A stretch of DNA of 55,531 nucleotides, filler included, from Blastocystis sp. subtype 4 (lineage: Eukaryota): NCBI RefSeq assembly GCF_000743755.1. It is 2 parts of 2 records of this genome, joined end to end, with 100 filler letters (N's around TTAATTAATTAA, not from the genome) between each part and the next. Parts side by side here need not be neighbours in the genome. Positions count along the whole stretch, not along the records: positions 27,833 to 55,531 come from NW_014569408.1; 1 more part is not named here. One strand, given 5' to 3'. Below the pieces are notes generated by a model. It was not told the origin of the DNA, made no database searches, and saw nothing but the letters and a program-made list of their open reading frames with translations. Positions 39,336 through 51,887 of the stretch are shown here, one piece after another. Position 1 is the stretch's first letter. Each line of letters starts with the position of its first letter. Both the position numbers and the translations under genes were made by a program.

Positions 39336-42300
39336 ATGGATCGAGAGCTGTGTCGGGATATGCTTTTTTCTGGAAGCTGTCCTAGAGGAGCAGCTTGCAA
39401 ATATTCGCATGTTGGTTCTGATGAGTGAGTTCATTCTAGTCTGTTGATAATACTTCTTCTTCTTCTATGCGTCAAATGCGACCTGGAATCGGAAATGAGC
39501 CAAAGAAATCGACTATATCTACTGCTAGTACGTTTTGTGTCATTTATTTATTCTTTGTAGAGGAACGTTATGAAGATGTAGAGGACGATAAGGACAAGAT
39601 ATTTTCTTCAGTCAATACGCAGCCAGTCCTACTTCGACCTGTAAATGAGAGACGAAAGCATGGAAATCCTCGTTCGCGAAAAGCAGATCAAGCTCATAGA
39701 GGAACGAATACTGGATCTGATTCAACAATAAGTGGTGACAAGATTGCTCCTGTTTTAACTGTGAAGCCGAAGAGGGCAGTGAAAGGTACAGCGGGATCAG
39801 AGCCCACTTCAAAACCAGTGCCTCCTCCCACATCGAATTCCAATGCTGGTACGAGAACTTTCGTAGCTAAGCCAGTTACAAAGTATCCTGTTACAAAGGA
39901 ATCTGGAAAGCATGCAACAAAGTCTGTAGTTGGGAAAGGCTCTCCAAAGCCACAAGCGACAAAAGATCCTGTGAAGCCTGTTGTGGTGACCAAGCCTGCT
40001 CCAAAGATGGGAGTAAAAGCGTTGCCAAAGACAGAGAAGCCAGTTGGAAAAGGAGTTGGGAAACCTATGGAGAAGGTTGTGGAAAAGCCTGTGGAGAAAC
40101 CTGTGGAGAAACCTGTGGAGAAACTTATAGAGAAACCAGCGGAGAATCCTGTTATCAGACCCTTGGAAAAGCCAGATTTGCTTCCTGAACAACTCCCCCT
40201 GAGACCTATAGAGAAACTGGGAAAGCCTCCAGGAGCTGCTCCACCGCTTCTGGTACCATCGCCACCTAAACTCCAGATCCAATCTGATCGATATGAGTCT
40301 GCTCCTAATCCCCTCCCTGACCATCCTCGCATCCTGGAAGCTTTTGAATCAGCCCCTGTCGAGAAGACACGCCAAGAACGCTCTCTTCTCAGCTTCCTTC
40401 CTCCACTTCGGCCAGAACCTCGTCCGACACCAGTTGAACCGATTCGACCTCCATTAGAGATTCCTCTCAAACCTAACCGAATGATGTTCTATGATGATTC
40501 ACTTGCTCCAAGTAGTATGCAAATTGTTCCGATTACACCTTCAATCACTGCTACTCCTGCTGTGACGAATCCAGGTAGTGAAGTGGAAGTCATAATTATG
40601 ATTCGAGAAGCTGATTACAAGCCTGATGATTGGTTAGGTCTATTCAAAGTATTCCAGTATCAATCATCCAAATCTATCACACAACGACATGTTAGTAAGC
40701 TTCATTATACCCGTATGACAAGTAACTCAGAAAAGTTCCGAAAATTGACATGTCGATTCTATGCACCAAAACATGCAGGTCGTTATGCATTCCGTTATTT
40801 CCATGCATTAGATTATCTTTCTACAATGGATAGTAATGAAGTGGTTGTTACAGTAAGATAGATAGATTGTTGTAACAAACAGATTCGTGGATGTGATTTA
40901 GATGAGGCAGTTCGATTTGTAGAACAAAAGGCAACAGATCTTGCCATGCTTTCTTTCAATATCAATAGTCTTTATGCAACCTTCCAGTATGTAATAAGTG
41001 TGGATGGATGGCAGCATCCAGATGAACTCTCCAGTGTTCTTAATACTCTTATCAATCCACTCTTTGAAACCCCTGTTCCTGAAGCTTATACACCTCAAGT
41101 TTCAAGTAATCTCAAACATCTCTTTGAAAGCTTCGTCAATAGACCATACTTAATGGAACTATTGGATAATGACCTTGTTCATCGTATCCTTTCTCTCATT
41201 CGTCATTATTGTCATATCTGCAGTGAGTTTATTGTTGATGATACTCGCTTAACTGAACATATGATGTCTCGACATAGTCTGCCTGCCTGTGTTCGATATG
41301 TTCCTATGAATCCTTCTTTTTTAAATGCACTTCATACCCAATGTGTTATGGAGTATCATTCCTTATGTCCAAAAGAACAATTCTATACATCTAGGTAATA
41401 AACCCGCGGGAATTGTTATATGTAGAGAAGATTTGATCAATCGCTTAATGGATGGATTCCATAAATACGAGCGATTTAAGAATAGCATTATTAGTATCTA
41501 TGGAAGTAGTAACAATGGCTTTGGAACTGATGGAAGCGACATTGATCTCTGTCTTGTGGACAAGACGATTAAGACCGATGAAGTTCTTGGAATTGCAGAT
41601 GAAGTTTGTAAAGCACTAGAATCACTAGAAATGCTGGAGATTGACAAGTCTCGCTTACATGCGCGAATTCCCGTGATTCGGTTTGAAGATCCAATTACTC
41701 ATATTCAGTGTGATTTATGTTTTAATAATATTCTTCCCATTCGAAACACCTTCCTTTTGAAGACTTATTCATTTGTAGATAAACGAGTTCGTGTATTAGG
41801 AATCATCATCAAAAAATGGTGAGAATGAAGGATTCCTTTAATCTATAGGGCAAAGCTGAATAATCTAAATACACCTATTTTGAAAACACTCTCTTCATAT
41901 GGATATATGTTGTTATTAATTCATTTCCTTCAGTCAGCTGTAAATCCTCCACTATTACCTGTGCTGCAAGTAGGGTTTGTTTTCAACACTAACTGTAGCA
42001 ACTTCCTCCAAATTGGAATGGATCTGCTTCTCCTATGAATCTTCATCTCCCTGAAGTTCTAGTTGATTCGTATGATGGAACTACATATAATACCTACTTC
42101 TACCAACCTCGAGATTTGCAACTGTTGAACCGATATGCTAAACAAAACACAATGAGTGTGGGAGAATTGCTTGTTCGTTTCTTCTGGTATTATGGCTTTG
42201 AATTTGATTATGTTCATTCGGTGGTAACAATCCGACAGAGAGGCGTGTTGGATCGAGAAGAAACCTGCTGCGACAGTATGTGGAAGATGAATATGCAGTT

Positions 42301-42517
42301 GTGTATCGAAGATCCATTTGAAAATGACTATGATGTAGCCCATGTCATCACACCCGCTTCAAGTGCGTTAATTCAAGAGACCTTTGCTGTAGGTGTTTGG
42401 TATCACTATTATGGATAGAAATCCTATATAATATTAATGAATATGAGTAAAAACTATTCCGAACTGACAGAAGAGAATATTCTGGAAGCAATCTTCAAGG
42501 CTTCTCTATACAGGTGA
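39336..42517 (+). CDS. non-canonical poly(A)/terminal uridylyl transferase (Cid1/TUT-like) with N-terminal CCCH finger
   Basis: [66 protein letters not shown] at 42515-42517. Confidence 0.9.
40030..40170. repeat. coding 12-bp repeat (EKPV)n
   Basis: gagaaacctgtg copies inside the TUTase linker region. Confidence 0.85.
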
Positions 42518-42750
42518 GATGTTTTGTATCATGAATGGATAATTGTTTGTTGTTTTCAGGGAACCATAAACTGTTGAAAGCATAAATTGCATCAACCAAT
42601 AAGAACGATATGAAACTCTGTAAAGGCCCAATTCAAAAAGGCACCTATTAACTACTCAATATTCACGGAAGATGGGTCCTTGTCGATTATCACGTTTCAC
42701 CTTTAACAGTTTCACTTTCTCTTTGTTTCCTGTAACGCCCGGAGTTTCAA

Positions 42751-44148
42751 ATGGAGTACATCAAGGATCTACCTATGGAGGACGACACAGTCCCAAAATC
42801 TAGACGTCCGTGGAGTAAAGAAGAAGACGGGTTTCTGATTCAATTTGTGAACACGTACGGCGTCGGGCATTGGTCTACGATAGCACAAGCGTTGAAGGAA
42901 CGCACTGGCATCTCACGGACAACAAAGCAATGTCGAAATCGATGGATTAACTCTCTTGACCCCAACGTCAATAAGCAGGAGTGGACCCCTGAGGAAGAGA
43001 GCATGATATGTACACTGCAAAAGCAGTATGGAAACAAATGGGCTGAGATTGCCAAGCACTTGCCTGGAAGGTGTGTTTTTGCATGAATTGTGATCTATTA
43101 GAACAGATAATGCTGTAAAGAATCATTGGTATTCAACAATGAGAAAGAAATTGCGAAAGCTTTACAAATACATCGGTGATGAATTCAACAAAAATGCCGA
43201 GTTAAAACGCGAGGCAGCTGAATTCATCCAGATTGACTACAAAAAGTACATGATAAACCAAAACATGAAAAGTTCGGATATTCGGATTGTCTGCTACTGT
43301 CTGGATTATATGCAACTGCTAGATCTTCAAGGTGAGTTAATTGCAAAAGAGAATGAACAAAATGTAAGTGAATAAGGACCTACTGAACCTCAGAAATTGA
43401 TGACTACAATGGGTACATTTGGAGAAACTATTTACACACAACCGATTCAACCCGATAAAAATGAACTCTATGATGATTTCATTCGGCGTGTTCTCCAGGC
43501 CTATCAAGCATACAAACAAATGTTTACTCCCTATGCTCCAGATGTACAGGCTGGAAATATCAAATCAAGTATGATTGTGAATGAATTATGATTGCAGTGG
43601 TAACTCCTTCAGAAGATCCTTCTGTGGCCTCTCCTTTTAGTGCAGACTCTGCAAAGCTAACAGGGATGTTGTCGTCGATTCCTCCTGTTCATCACAGTCG
43701 AACAAAACGTCCTCGTCGGACCCAAGAGGAATCAGGGAATTTGCCATTAGTGACGATGGTTGGAGATGTATTTGAGACTGGTTATATGAACAATGGACAG
43801 ACAATGGCAATGACAATGCAAATGACACCGATCACAGGAATGAGCATGATGCAAATGCAACCAGTTCAAGTCCAATCAGTTCAGATGCAGATGCTTCCGC
43901 AGATGCAAATTCTCTCTCAGATGCAAGTGATGCCGGAATCGTTACAGGAGGTGAATCAAGAATCGCAACAAACTCTTCCTACTGATCTCCAGAACCATTC
44001 AGAGACTCATGAACTATCAGTAGAAGGTATGTCTTCCAAACATGAACCAGAGATACTGGAGAATGAGAAAGGCGTTACGTTTCATTTGAGTAAGAATGAG
44101 GCTGATGAACCATCAAGTAAACGTGCTGCAGTCGATTTATACGTTTAA
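42751..44148 (+). CDS. R2R3-MYB transcription factor with Gln/Met-rich C-terminus
   Basis: [55 protein letters not shown]. Confidence 0.93.
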
Positions 44149-44174
44149 CATGGTTTGTTTGAAACAAAGAAGAG

Positions 44175-46175
44175 AATGAGACTTCTCATGAACATACACT
44201 CGAGTCATCACAAAACCATTTGACTCCATATCACTATCAATCATTCTTATTCTTGATCCCTACTGCTTCAGATCCTCAATATCCGCTTCCTTATATGAGA
44301 AACCTGGAGTCATCACAATAGCTCCTCCAGATCCACAGAACTTAGCTGCCATTCCATGATTACGAGCAATCTGAATCACAATCCATTTTTCATTCTCACT
44401 TCAATCATTTGCAGATTCGGTCTGCCTAATGCCTCATCTCCCCAAATCTCGCGACGTAAATCGAAGTTATGATTGAAGCATTCTTTCATCACCACTTCAT
44501 CTCGCTTCTGAAGAGCTTCCATAAAACGAGCTGGTAATGAAGCAATTCTACTTGTTATGGAGTCCCGTACTGAGATATTCAGGATATTCATTCATTTTCT
44601 CAATAACAAAGCTATCACCTAATAACCATCGTTGTTTCACATCATTATGAATCTGACCCGAGTTCAGTTAAAATCAACCTTCCATAACACATCAAGGATA
44701 TATCTTCTGAACATGACGAATAGGCCAGAAACAGAGGAGGAAGGAGAGAAACATCAACTGAAATGTACTCTCCATTACCAGCCTTCTCAACTCGATCCTT
44801 ATCAAAATGCATCTCAATACATCCTTCTAATACTTGAACCACTCGGTCTTGTAAGCCTGCTGTGATCCCTAATTCCTTCGTCTCCACATGTAAAGCCCAT
44901 TTGATCTGATCCTCGGGAGGGAAAAGTCCCAACTACAATCAATTCTAACAAGAATAACAACAGGAACACGGTAATATTGCATCAGAGCACGAAGTGTAGC
45001 AATTACAATCGAAGATGAACCTGAAAGTCCAACTTGACGTGGAATGGTAGTATCATAACTAATTGTGAAGGGAGTTTCATTCAGATAGATTCCATGATGA
45101 ATTGCATGTTTATAGAATCGATTTAATGCAGCATAAATCAAACGAATACCTCCCTATGGATTGAAATTCAATATGAATCATACAGTGTAACCATTCTTTT
45201 GCAAAAGAGAATTTAAGTCACGAATGGAATCAAATTGCATCGGATCACTTCTACAGATTAACTGTAAGATCGAAAAGGACATAGGATGAGGAATGATATT
45301 CAAACGATTCGATTTAATAATTTCAACCTTTGTTGAATAGTTTTCCACACTTATACTAATTGTATTCCCAAAATAACCATCTGAAGGATTTCCAATCAAA
45401 CCAATACGACTGTAACATACACCGGTCACAGATGTTGGATTGATACTCAAATCACGGTTTGGATCAGAGAAGAGACGAATTCCTTTAATGAGAGAAGTTG
45501 CACTTCGCACAGCCAGAGGAAGGAACGGAACATAAAGTCCAAACACTCCTTCAGCAGACGGATTCATCAGCAAATAAGAATGTTGATCTCCGATAGCATC
45601 AACATTCAGAATCACTACGGGAGACACGGATTTTTTCATTTCTGGCGTAATTTTAGCATGTCTACTAAGAAATCTCAGGCTTCGCTTACTGGATGTCAGC
45701 ATCGTATGAGTAGAGATAAATTCCAGTTGCTTTCTTGCTTACAAAGAAATTGAAGAGATAATCCACATGAAGTCCCTTGGAAGGAATACAAGCCTCGAGA
45801 CACACCATCACTGTTTGGCTTTTCAAAAGCCCCTTCTCCTTCATTGCACGCAAAATAGCTCCCTTGCTACATATCATGTCTCCAATTCATATCTACTCTT
45901 GTCCCAAATCTTCATTCGATAATTGATAAAGGGGAACTACATGGATGCACTCCAAATGAACAGCAGAAATAAGGACTTCATAGTCATTCGCACTCTTTTC
46001 CGGACAAACAACAAGAATCTCTTCAACAAGTTTGGAATTCTTGATGATATCACTCCACATCACAACTGGAGACATCAACACATCTTCAGGATTTGATACT
46101 GCACTATCCGCTACATAATAACTAGTGAATATAAAACTTACTATCTTCACGAAGATCAAAGTAAACAAGTTGCAT
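44175..46175 (-). CDS. glucuronokinase-like GHMP kinase with divergent N-terminal domain; stop created by polyadenylation
   Basis: RIGLIGNPSDGYFG, YDTTIPRQVGLSGSS, ELGITAGLQDRVVQV, NFDLRREIWG, AAKFCGSGGA; in-frame T at 44175 before TCTTTGTT. Confidence 0.85.
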
Positions 46176-46274
46176 GGATAGAAATGGGTAACTGCCTTAT
46201 TTCCGTGACAAAAGAAGGTTTGATTTTGGTTGAGTTCAAATCTCTAGAATCGCTTGCTTCAGAGTGTCTATCAG

Positions 46275-48731
46275 ATGGAACTGGATCACTCGAAAGCGTA
46301 GGTATTTACTGTAGTACTCACATTCAGTTCTAAGAAAAGACAGCGTTATTCGCTAACTGATATCGATCCTGCACTTGAGAATATTCCAAACCTAGCAGAG
46401 GCATTAGGAATGGATGTGGACTCGATGATGCTTCACATACTAACTGCCTTGAAAGTGAAACTAAATTATGAAGTGAAGAAGACGTCAGCTGCAAAGCGCC
46501 AGAGATTACTGGAATATTTGTTTCCATATGCTGTGTTGGATGACTATTCTCCACTGGTTCGCTTTTTACTGGAGAACGAAAACGATATTCCAGATGTTGT
46601 GATCCAAAAGTTGTTGCATGAAGACAAATACGCTCAGTTTTTGACACCATCCATCAAGGTGAACATTTATCGACAGCACAGAGAGTACTTTGAAGAAGAG
46701 GTCAAGCGAATTCTTTCAACCAAACCGCTTTCTACTTATTCCATGGATTCTGTCTTTGATCGATGTGCAATGGATGGAAATGATAAGTGCAGACCCTTCT
46801 ATCAACGATCGTAAGGATTTGTGTGAATTGTGACTCTAGATTCGTGTCACCATTTGATGAATTGAAAGAAATGGCTGGAACAGACGAGCGTTTGCAATAT
46901 CTTCTTGTGGATATCCTCGTTCATCGCTTCTGTAGGGAATTCATGGAAAAGCCGTCTAGTATTTGCGAAGAACAGTTTTCTGAATTGTATAAATACGTTT
47001 GCGAACACAGTGCTGTTTTTGTCGGGTATGGCAAACAACTGACTCCCAACCAAGAGAAACAAGTTACAAACCACTTAAAGGTTCTCATTAATAATGTGAA
47101 CACAATAGGCAAATATGATGTAACGAAAGCCAAAGGCATTTCTCGTCAAGGTGAGAAATCTATCTATAAATCCGTTCTTACAGATCTCCATGTATTTGAT
47201 GGCTCAATTTCAACAACTACTCCCAAAGTTGATGTCGAGACACTCATCCGGGAGAAGCGAATTGCTTTATATCAGCAATGTATCCGAAACATCCAGAAGT
47301 TCGATTCCAAGCGATTGTTCAGTTCTCCTGTCACACCGGACATTGCTCCTGATTATTCCAAGTATGTACGTAATCCAATGGATCTGAATACAATGTTCCG
47401 GAAAGCGAACAAGTACCAAAACATCAACGAAATGAAAAGTGACTTGACCAAAATTGTGGATAATTCTGTCATTTACAATGGAAAGGATGCATTAATCACA
47501 AAGATGGCAATAGAGTTGGTACAACAAGGAGAGCAAGAGATAGCGAAATGTGAGACAGCTGAGAAGGAATTATTGATTGGAGGAACTCCAGATTGTGATG
47601 TGTTGAATATCCTGTTTGTTGAGCTTGGAGTGGCCCTGCATACTCCATTTCTTTATTCGCAACTTTTACGGGCTATCTGGCAACGATTACTTCACTTGAT
47701 ATTCAATGAGAATGCTCCTGTGAACAATGGTAAGCTGGATTCTGTCTTGTATCAATATTACAATCTCATCACACTCATTCAATACACGGATACAATCATC
47801 AGTACTACTCAGAATGCTGATACTCCATCCACTTCCATAATACAGGATCACGGTTGGCAGCCTCGTTGGTTACTCAGTGATGAGGTCAAGTTGCTTCCTG
47901 CAACATATGGAGAAACTCTGAATCTCCTTACACAGCTGGTTGTTCAACACGTTCAGAATCTCCCTGATACAGATACCCTTCTTGCTCTATTCAAAGAATG
48001 CTCGACGAATCCTAGTAATTGTCATCTGGTCCTCTGTGCTGCTTCGAGTCAGATGCAACGAATGATCGTATCTCGGAACACAGAGGACTTTGAAGTGGAA
48101 CATCTCATTCTCCAAGGAATTCTTGGAGCTGTAGCTGGTCTTCCTTCAAGTGTATTACTGGATGAATGGGCCTGGATTGAGAGTATCTGTTTGACACTTC
48201 TCTGTGCAGAGGTAAGGACGATAGATCTGAGTGAATGGTAGCAATCTATACCAAAGGAAGGAATGCAAGCATTACTGGAGAAACTGATGGTGCCTTGTCT
48301 AAAGAAGAGTGAATTACGAGGAGTGGCGATAAATGCATTGAGTATAAAATGAGAAAGGATTTGAGGCGTAGTGCGATTGATTGTAGGTGGAATCAAACTA
48401 GGAACATTGCAAAATGATACCATAGCAACGATCCTAAGTGTAATGTCTTCAGTGAATGTGGTTGATATGTTGAATAAGAGTGATCAATAGAAAGACCATT
48501 TGAATGTATTGGAAGATTCCATTCGATCTAGCTGTGAAGAATTGCTAACAGCGAATGAAGCCCTATTTACTGCTTTCTTTGATGATTGTCCTGTGACGAT
48601 TCAGTCTGTGTCTCAACCCGAAGTAGTAGTAGAATCTCAATTACCTGTATCCATTGCTCCGCCTCCATCTCCTCCACATCCTGTCGCTTCCAAAGCTCAA
48701 GCTGAAGAGGAAGATGAAGATGAGTTTTTCT
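46275..48731 (+). CDS. bromodomain protein with NELF-B/COBRA1-like helical N-terminus; stop created by polyadenylation
   Basis: LFSSPVTPDIAPDYSKYVRNPMDLNTM..IVDNSVIYNG bromodomain; ends EDEDEFF with T at 48731 before TGTGTGTT. Confidence 0.75.
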
Positions 48732-48755
48732 TTAGTGTGTGTTCAATCAAACAAA

Positions 48756-50048
48756 TCACTTCTTGCCATTCAACTTCCACATCACTACTTCCTTAATACA
48801 GTCGGCAACGTACTGCACACTGCCACTTGTCAGTCCAGCAAGAGAAATACGACCTGTACGTAACATGTAAATATGGTGGAGATTCAGCATACGATCACTC
48901 TGATCTGGATCCAGACCCGTAAAACTGAACATTCCAATCTGCTTGGTAATATGATCCCAATTACCAGGGCACTCATTGGCAATCAGTGCATCATGCAGAC
49001 TCTTACGCATCAATAAGATACGTCCCACAATTGCCTTCAATTCCACCGTCCACTCCCTGAACAACTCCTTATCACCCAGGATTGTAGCTACAATCTTGGC
49101 ACCATGTATTGGAGGATTCGAGTACATCTTACGTACAATAATCTTCATCTGACTCAGAATACGCTCACTTGTCTCCTGATCCTTACAAATGATGTTGATG
49201 GAACCAATTCGCTCTCCATACAAGCCCATGTTCTTAGCGAACGATTGAGCAGCAAGCATCTCCATACCCTTCTGAGCGAAAAGACGCACAGAATAACCAT
49301 CACGTACTAGATCACCTGAGGCGAATCCCTGATATGCAGTATCAAAGAAAGGAATGATCTTTTTCACGATGCAGAGGTCAGCAAGTTCATTCCACTGATC
49401 CTGAGTTGGATCCACTCCGGTAGGATTATGAGCACAAGTGTGGAAAAGGAAGATGGAGCCATCAGGAGCATTCGTAATATCCTCCTTAAGACCCTCAAAA
49501 TCAAGAGAACAAGTGTCGGCCTTGTACCAACGATACTGAACAATCTCCATTCCGACTTCCGAGAAAATGGCATTATGATTGCCCCAAGTGGGATTAGGGA
49601 GATACACTTTTCGTCCTTTCATATACTTGGAAAGGAACTCGGCACCAAGACGAAGAGCTCCCGTTCCAGAAAGGGATTGCACTGTACACACACGCTTTTC
49701 TACAATCGCAGGATGGTCATCTCCAAGAAGGAACTTGGCAGCCAGTTCACGGAATTTGGGCAGACCATCAATAGGAAGATATTCCTTATTATTATTAGGG
49801 TTGGCAAGGATAATCTCCTCTGCCTTTTTCACCACAGGGAAATAATAGGGTTCTCCCTCATCAGTACGATAGGCACCTACTCCTATAGGTTACATACTCG
49901 ACTCCAGTGCTTACCAAGATTTACCTTGCGAGGATCCGTATCTTTCTGATAACCAGTACTAACCTTGAAAATAGCATCGGGAGGACCTAAAGGCACGTCC
50001 TAGAATGCTCAATATCCAGAAAGTAAAACCTACGTTCCAAATAGACAT
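48756..50048 (-). CDS. aspartate aminotransferase (no evident mitochondrial presequence)
   Basis: PPDAIF, KVNLGVGAYRT, QSLSGTGALR, CAHNPTGVDP, DTAYQGFASG, SFAKNMGLYGER. Confidence 0.97.
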
Positions 50049-50190
50049 TGCAAAAGAACTGAAGAATAGTTTGGAAAGCAAATCCCCCATTGATTTGCGT
50101 GGAATAGACCCAATTCCTGTTTCGATTTTCTGTTTCATTGAGCACCATTTTATGTCCCTATTAAAATGGGGTGTGTACAACAAAAAACTC

Positions 50191-51791
50191 CAAAAAAGAG
50201 CATCAATAGAATGAATTAAGATAGACCGATTACTCTTGTATGGTTCAAGAGACTGAAGAATCTTCTCGGTTACATTGCCACCGAGCTTCACAAAAATACA
50301 CTACAATAACAATAATCAAATAGTTGTACATGAGTATTCGGAACTGGACACGTTGTAGCCGAATTACGCATATATAACAATGGAAGAAAGTTCATGGATT
50401 CACTCCTTAGGGATGCAGGAACCATGTCATTGTGGAAGAATACGTGTTCTTTCCATGGCAACTGCGCCTTCTTGAGTACATCTTGATGACACTGCTTCCG
50501 ATCATTCCCACATAAATTACAATAGCGAAGGGATATATGCCTAGGGCAGGCCATTCGAGGAACGACGAACGATCGATTGAGGTGATTCGCGATATCAACC
50601 ATAATAGATAAAACTATCTTCTCGAGACCCAAACGAACAGAGATTAATTGCAGAAAGTTCCCTGTGATGTTACTATACTCTTCGTTCACACGATATAAAA
50701 GCATTTCTTTCAGTCGATAGATCTTGTTATTATATCCCTTGATCCAGTTATTGTGAACCATAATTTGATGTGGGCTGATCTGATCCCAGTAAAACTGATG
50801 GGATTTGAAGAACAAGTCACCATTAGTATACATATCTGTTGGTAGCAATGTCCAGCGTAGTGAAGGTTGCATGTGGAATCGAAGAAGAAACTGGATTGTG
50901 GGTTGATCGCTGAGACCTGTCACACGCATATACTGTAACACCAAGTTCAAGAAGTGCAAGGACACTAGAGAAGGACGAAAAAACCTACAAGTCATGAGTC
51001 TTCACGAAGCTAACATAAAACCTGCGCAAACAGATGTATCCTTTTGCGATACCAAATCATAATCTACGAGGTCTACTATAGGATGAAGAGGATCCTTAAA
51101 TAAGAGAACATCAGAGTCAAAGAGAAGAATGTTGTAACCCAGTAAAACTGCTTGTCGAATAATTTTAATCTTATTCACCATCTTTTCCCTCCATTCTTGA
51201 GAATGATAGGAGGATTCCCGTTCTGATCGTTCTTGGGAAAGAACGGTAGACCGATAATAGGCAACTGGAAAGTGCCTTTCATCCAATTCTCGATATGCGC
51301 TAGCATCCACCGCCACAACAATGAAGTTGGGGAAACGATCCAATCGGCTTAATTTGTATGACGCATAAAAGGCATTTAGATAGCTGGAATCTGTAAAAGT
51401 GACCATCACAGTCATATTCACAGCTAATTTCCGAACCATTTTGGCAAAAGATCGCATTGGTCTTCCTTCTTCGTTATATATATCTATATAACATAATCGA
51501 TTGAAAATGGTACAGGAATCCAGATTCAGCAACATATCAGATGTGTCCAGTGGCTTAGACGGCCACCAGTCAGGCAGTTCCGGCGTCATCTGTTCATAGA
51601 GATTTCGACAAGCATGACTCCATTGTCTTAAAAGACCATTTGATTTCAATTTCATGAATTCACCCTATAGGATCATCAGAAACACATAGAATTGCAGATT
51701 CCTCCGGTTCATCAAGAATCACGAGAAATAAGAATACAGAAATCAAAGAATAGCAAAGATAGAACAGGACCAGCCCATTCCTCTGTTGCAT
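50191..51791 (-). CDS. GT77/nucleotide-diphospho-sugar transferase family type II membrane protein
   Basis: N-terminal TM, LGYNILLFDSDVLLFKDP DxD motif, SDQ, VHNNWIKG..KIYRLKE; no encoded stop; probable TG plus poly(A) end at 50192-50191. Confidence 0.8.
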
Positions 51792-51887
51792 GAAGAGAAT
51801 GAAAAGACAAGAATCAATAAGATGACTCTTTTCGCATATGCAAATCGTTGTTGCCATTCTCCAATTCGTCTCTACACTTTAGTAACC

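Noticed and set aside
39694..40470. 258-aa antisense ORF (also 7129..7560, 11747..12334, 49428..49949)
   Set aside because: Mirror frames of low-complexity or conserved sense genes with no independent motifs
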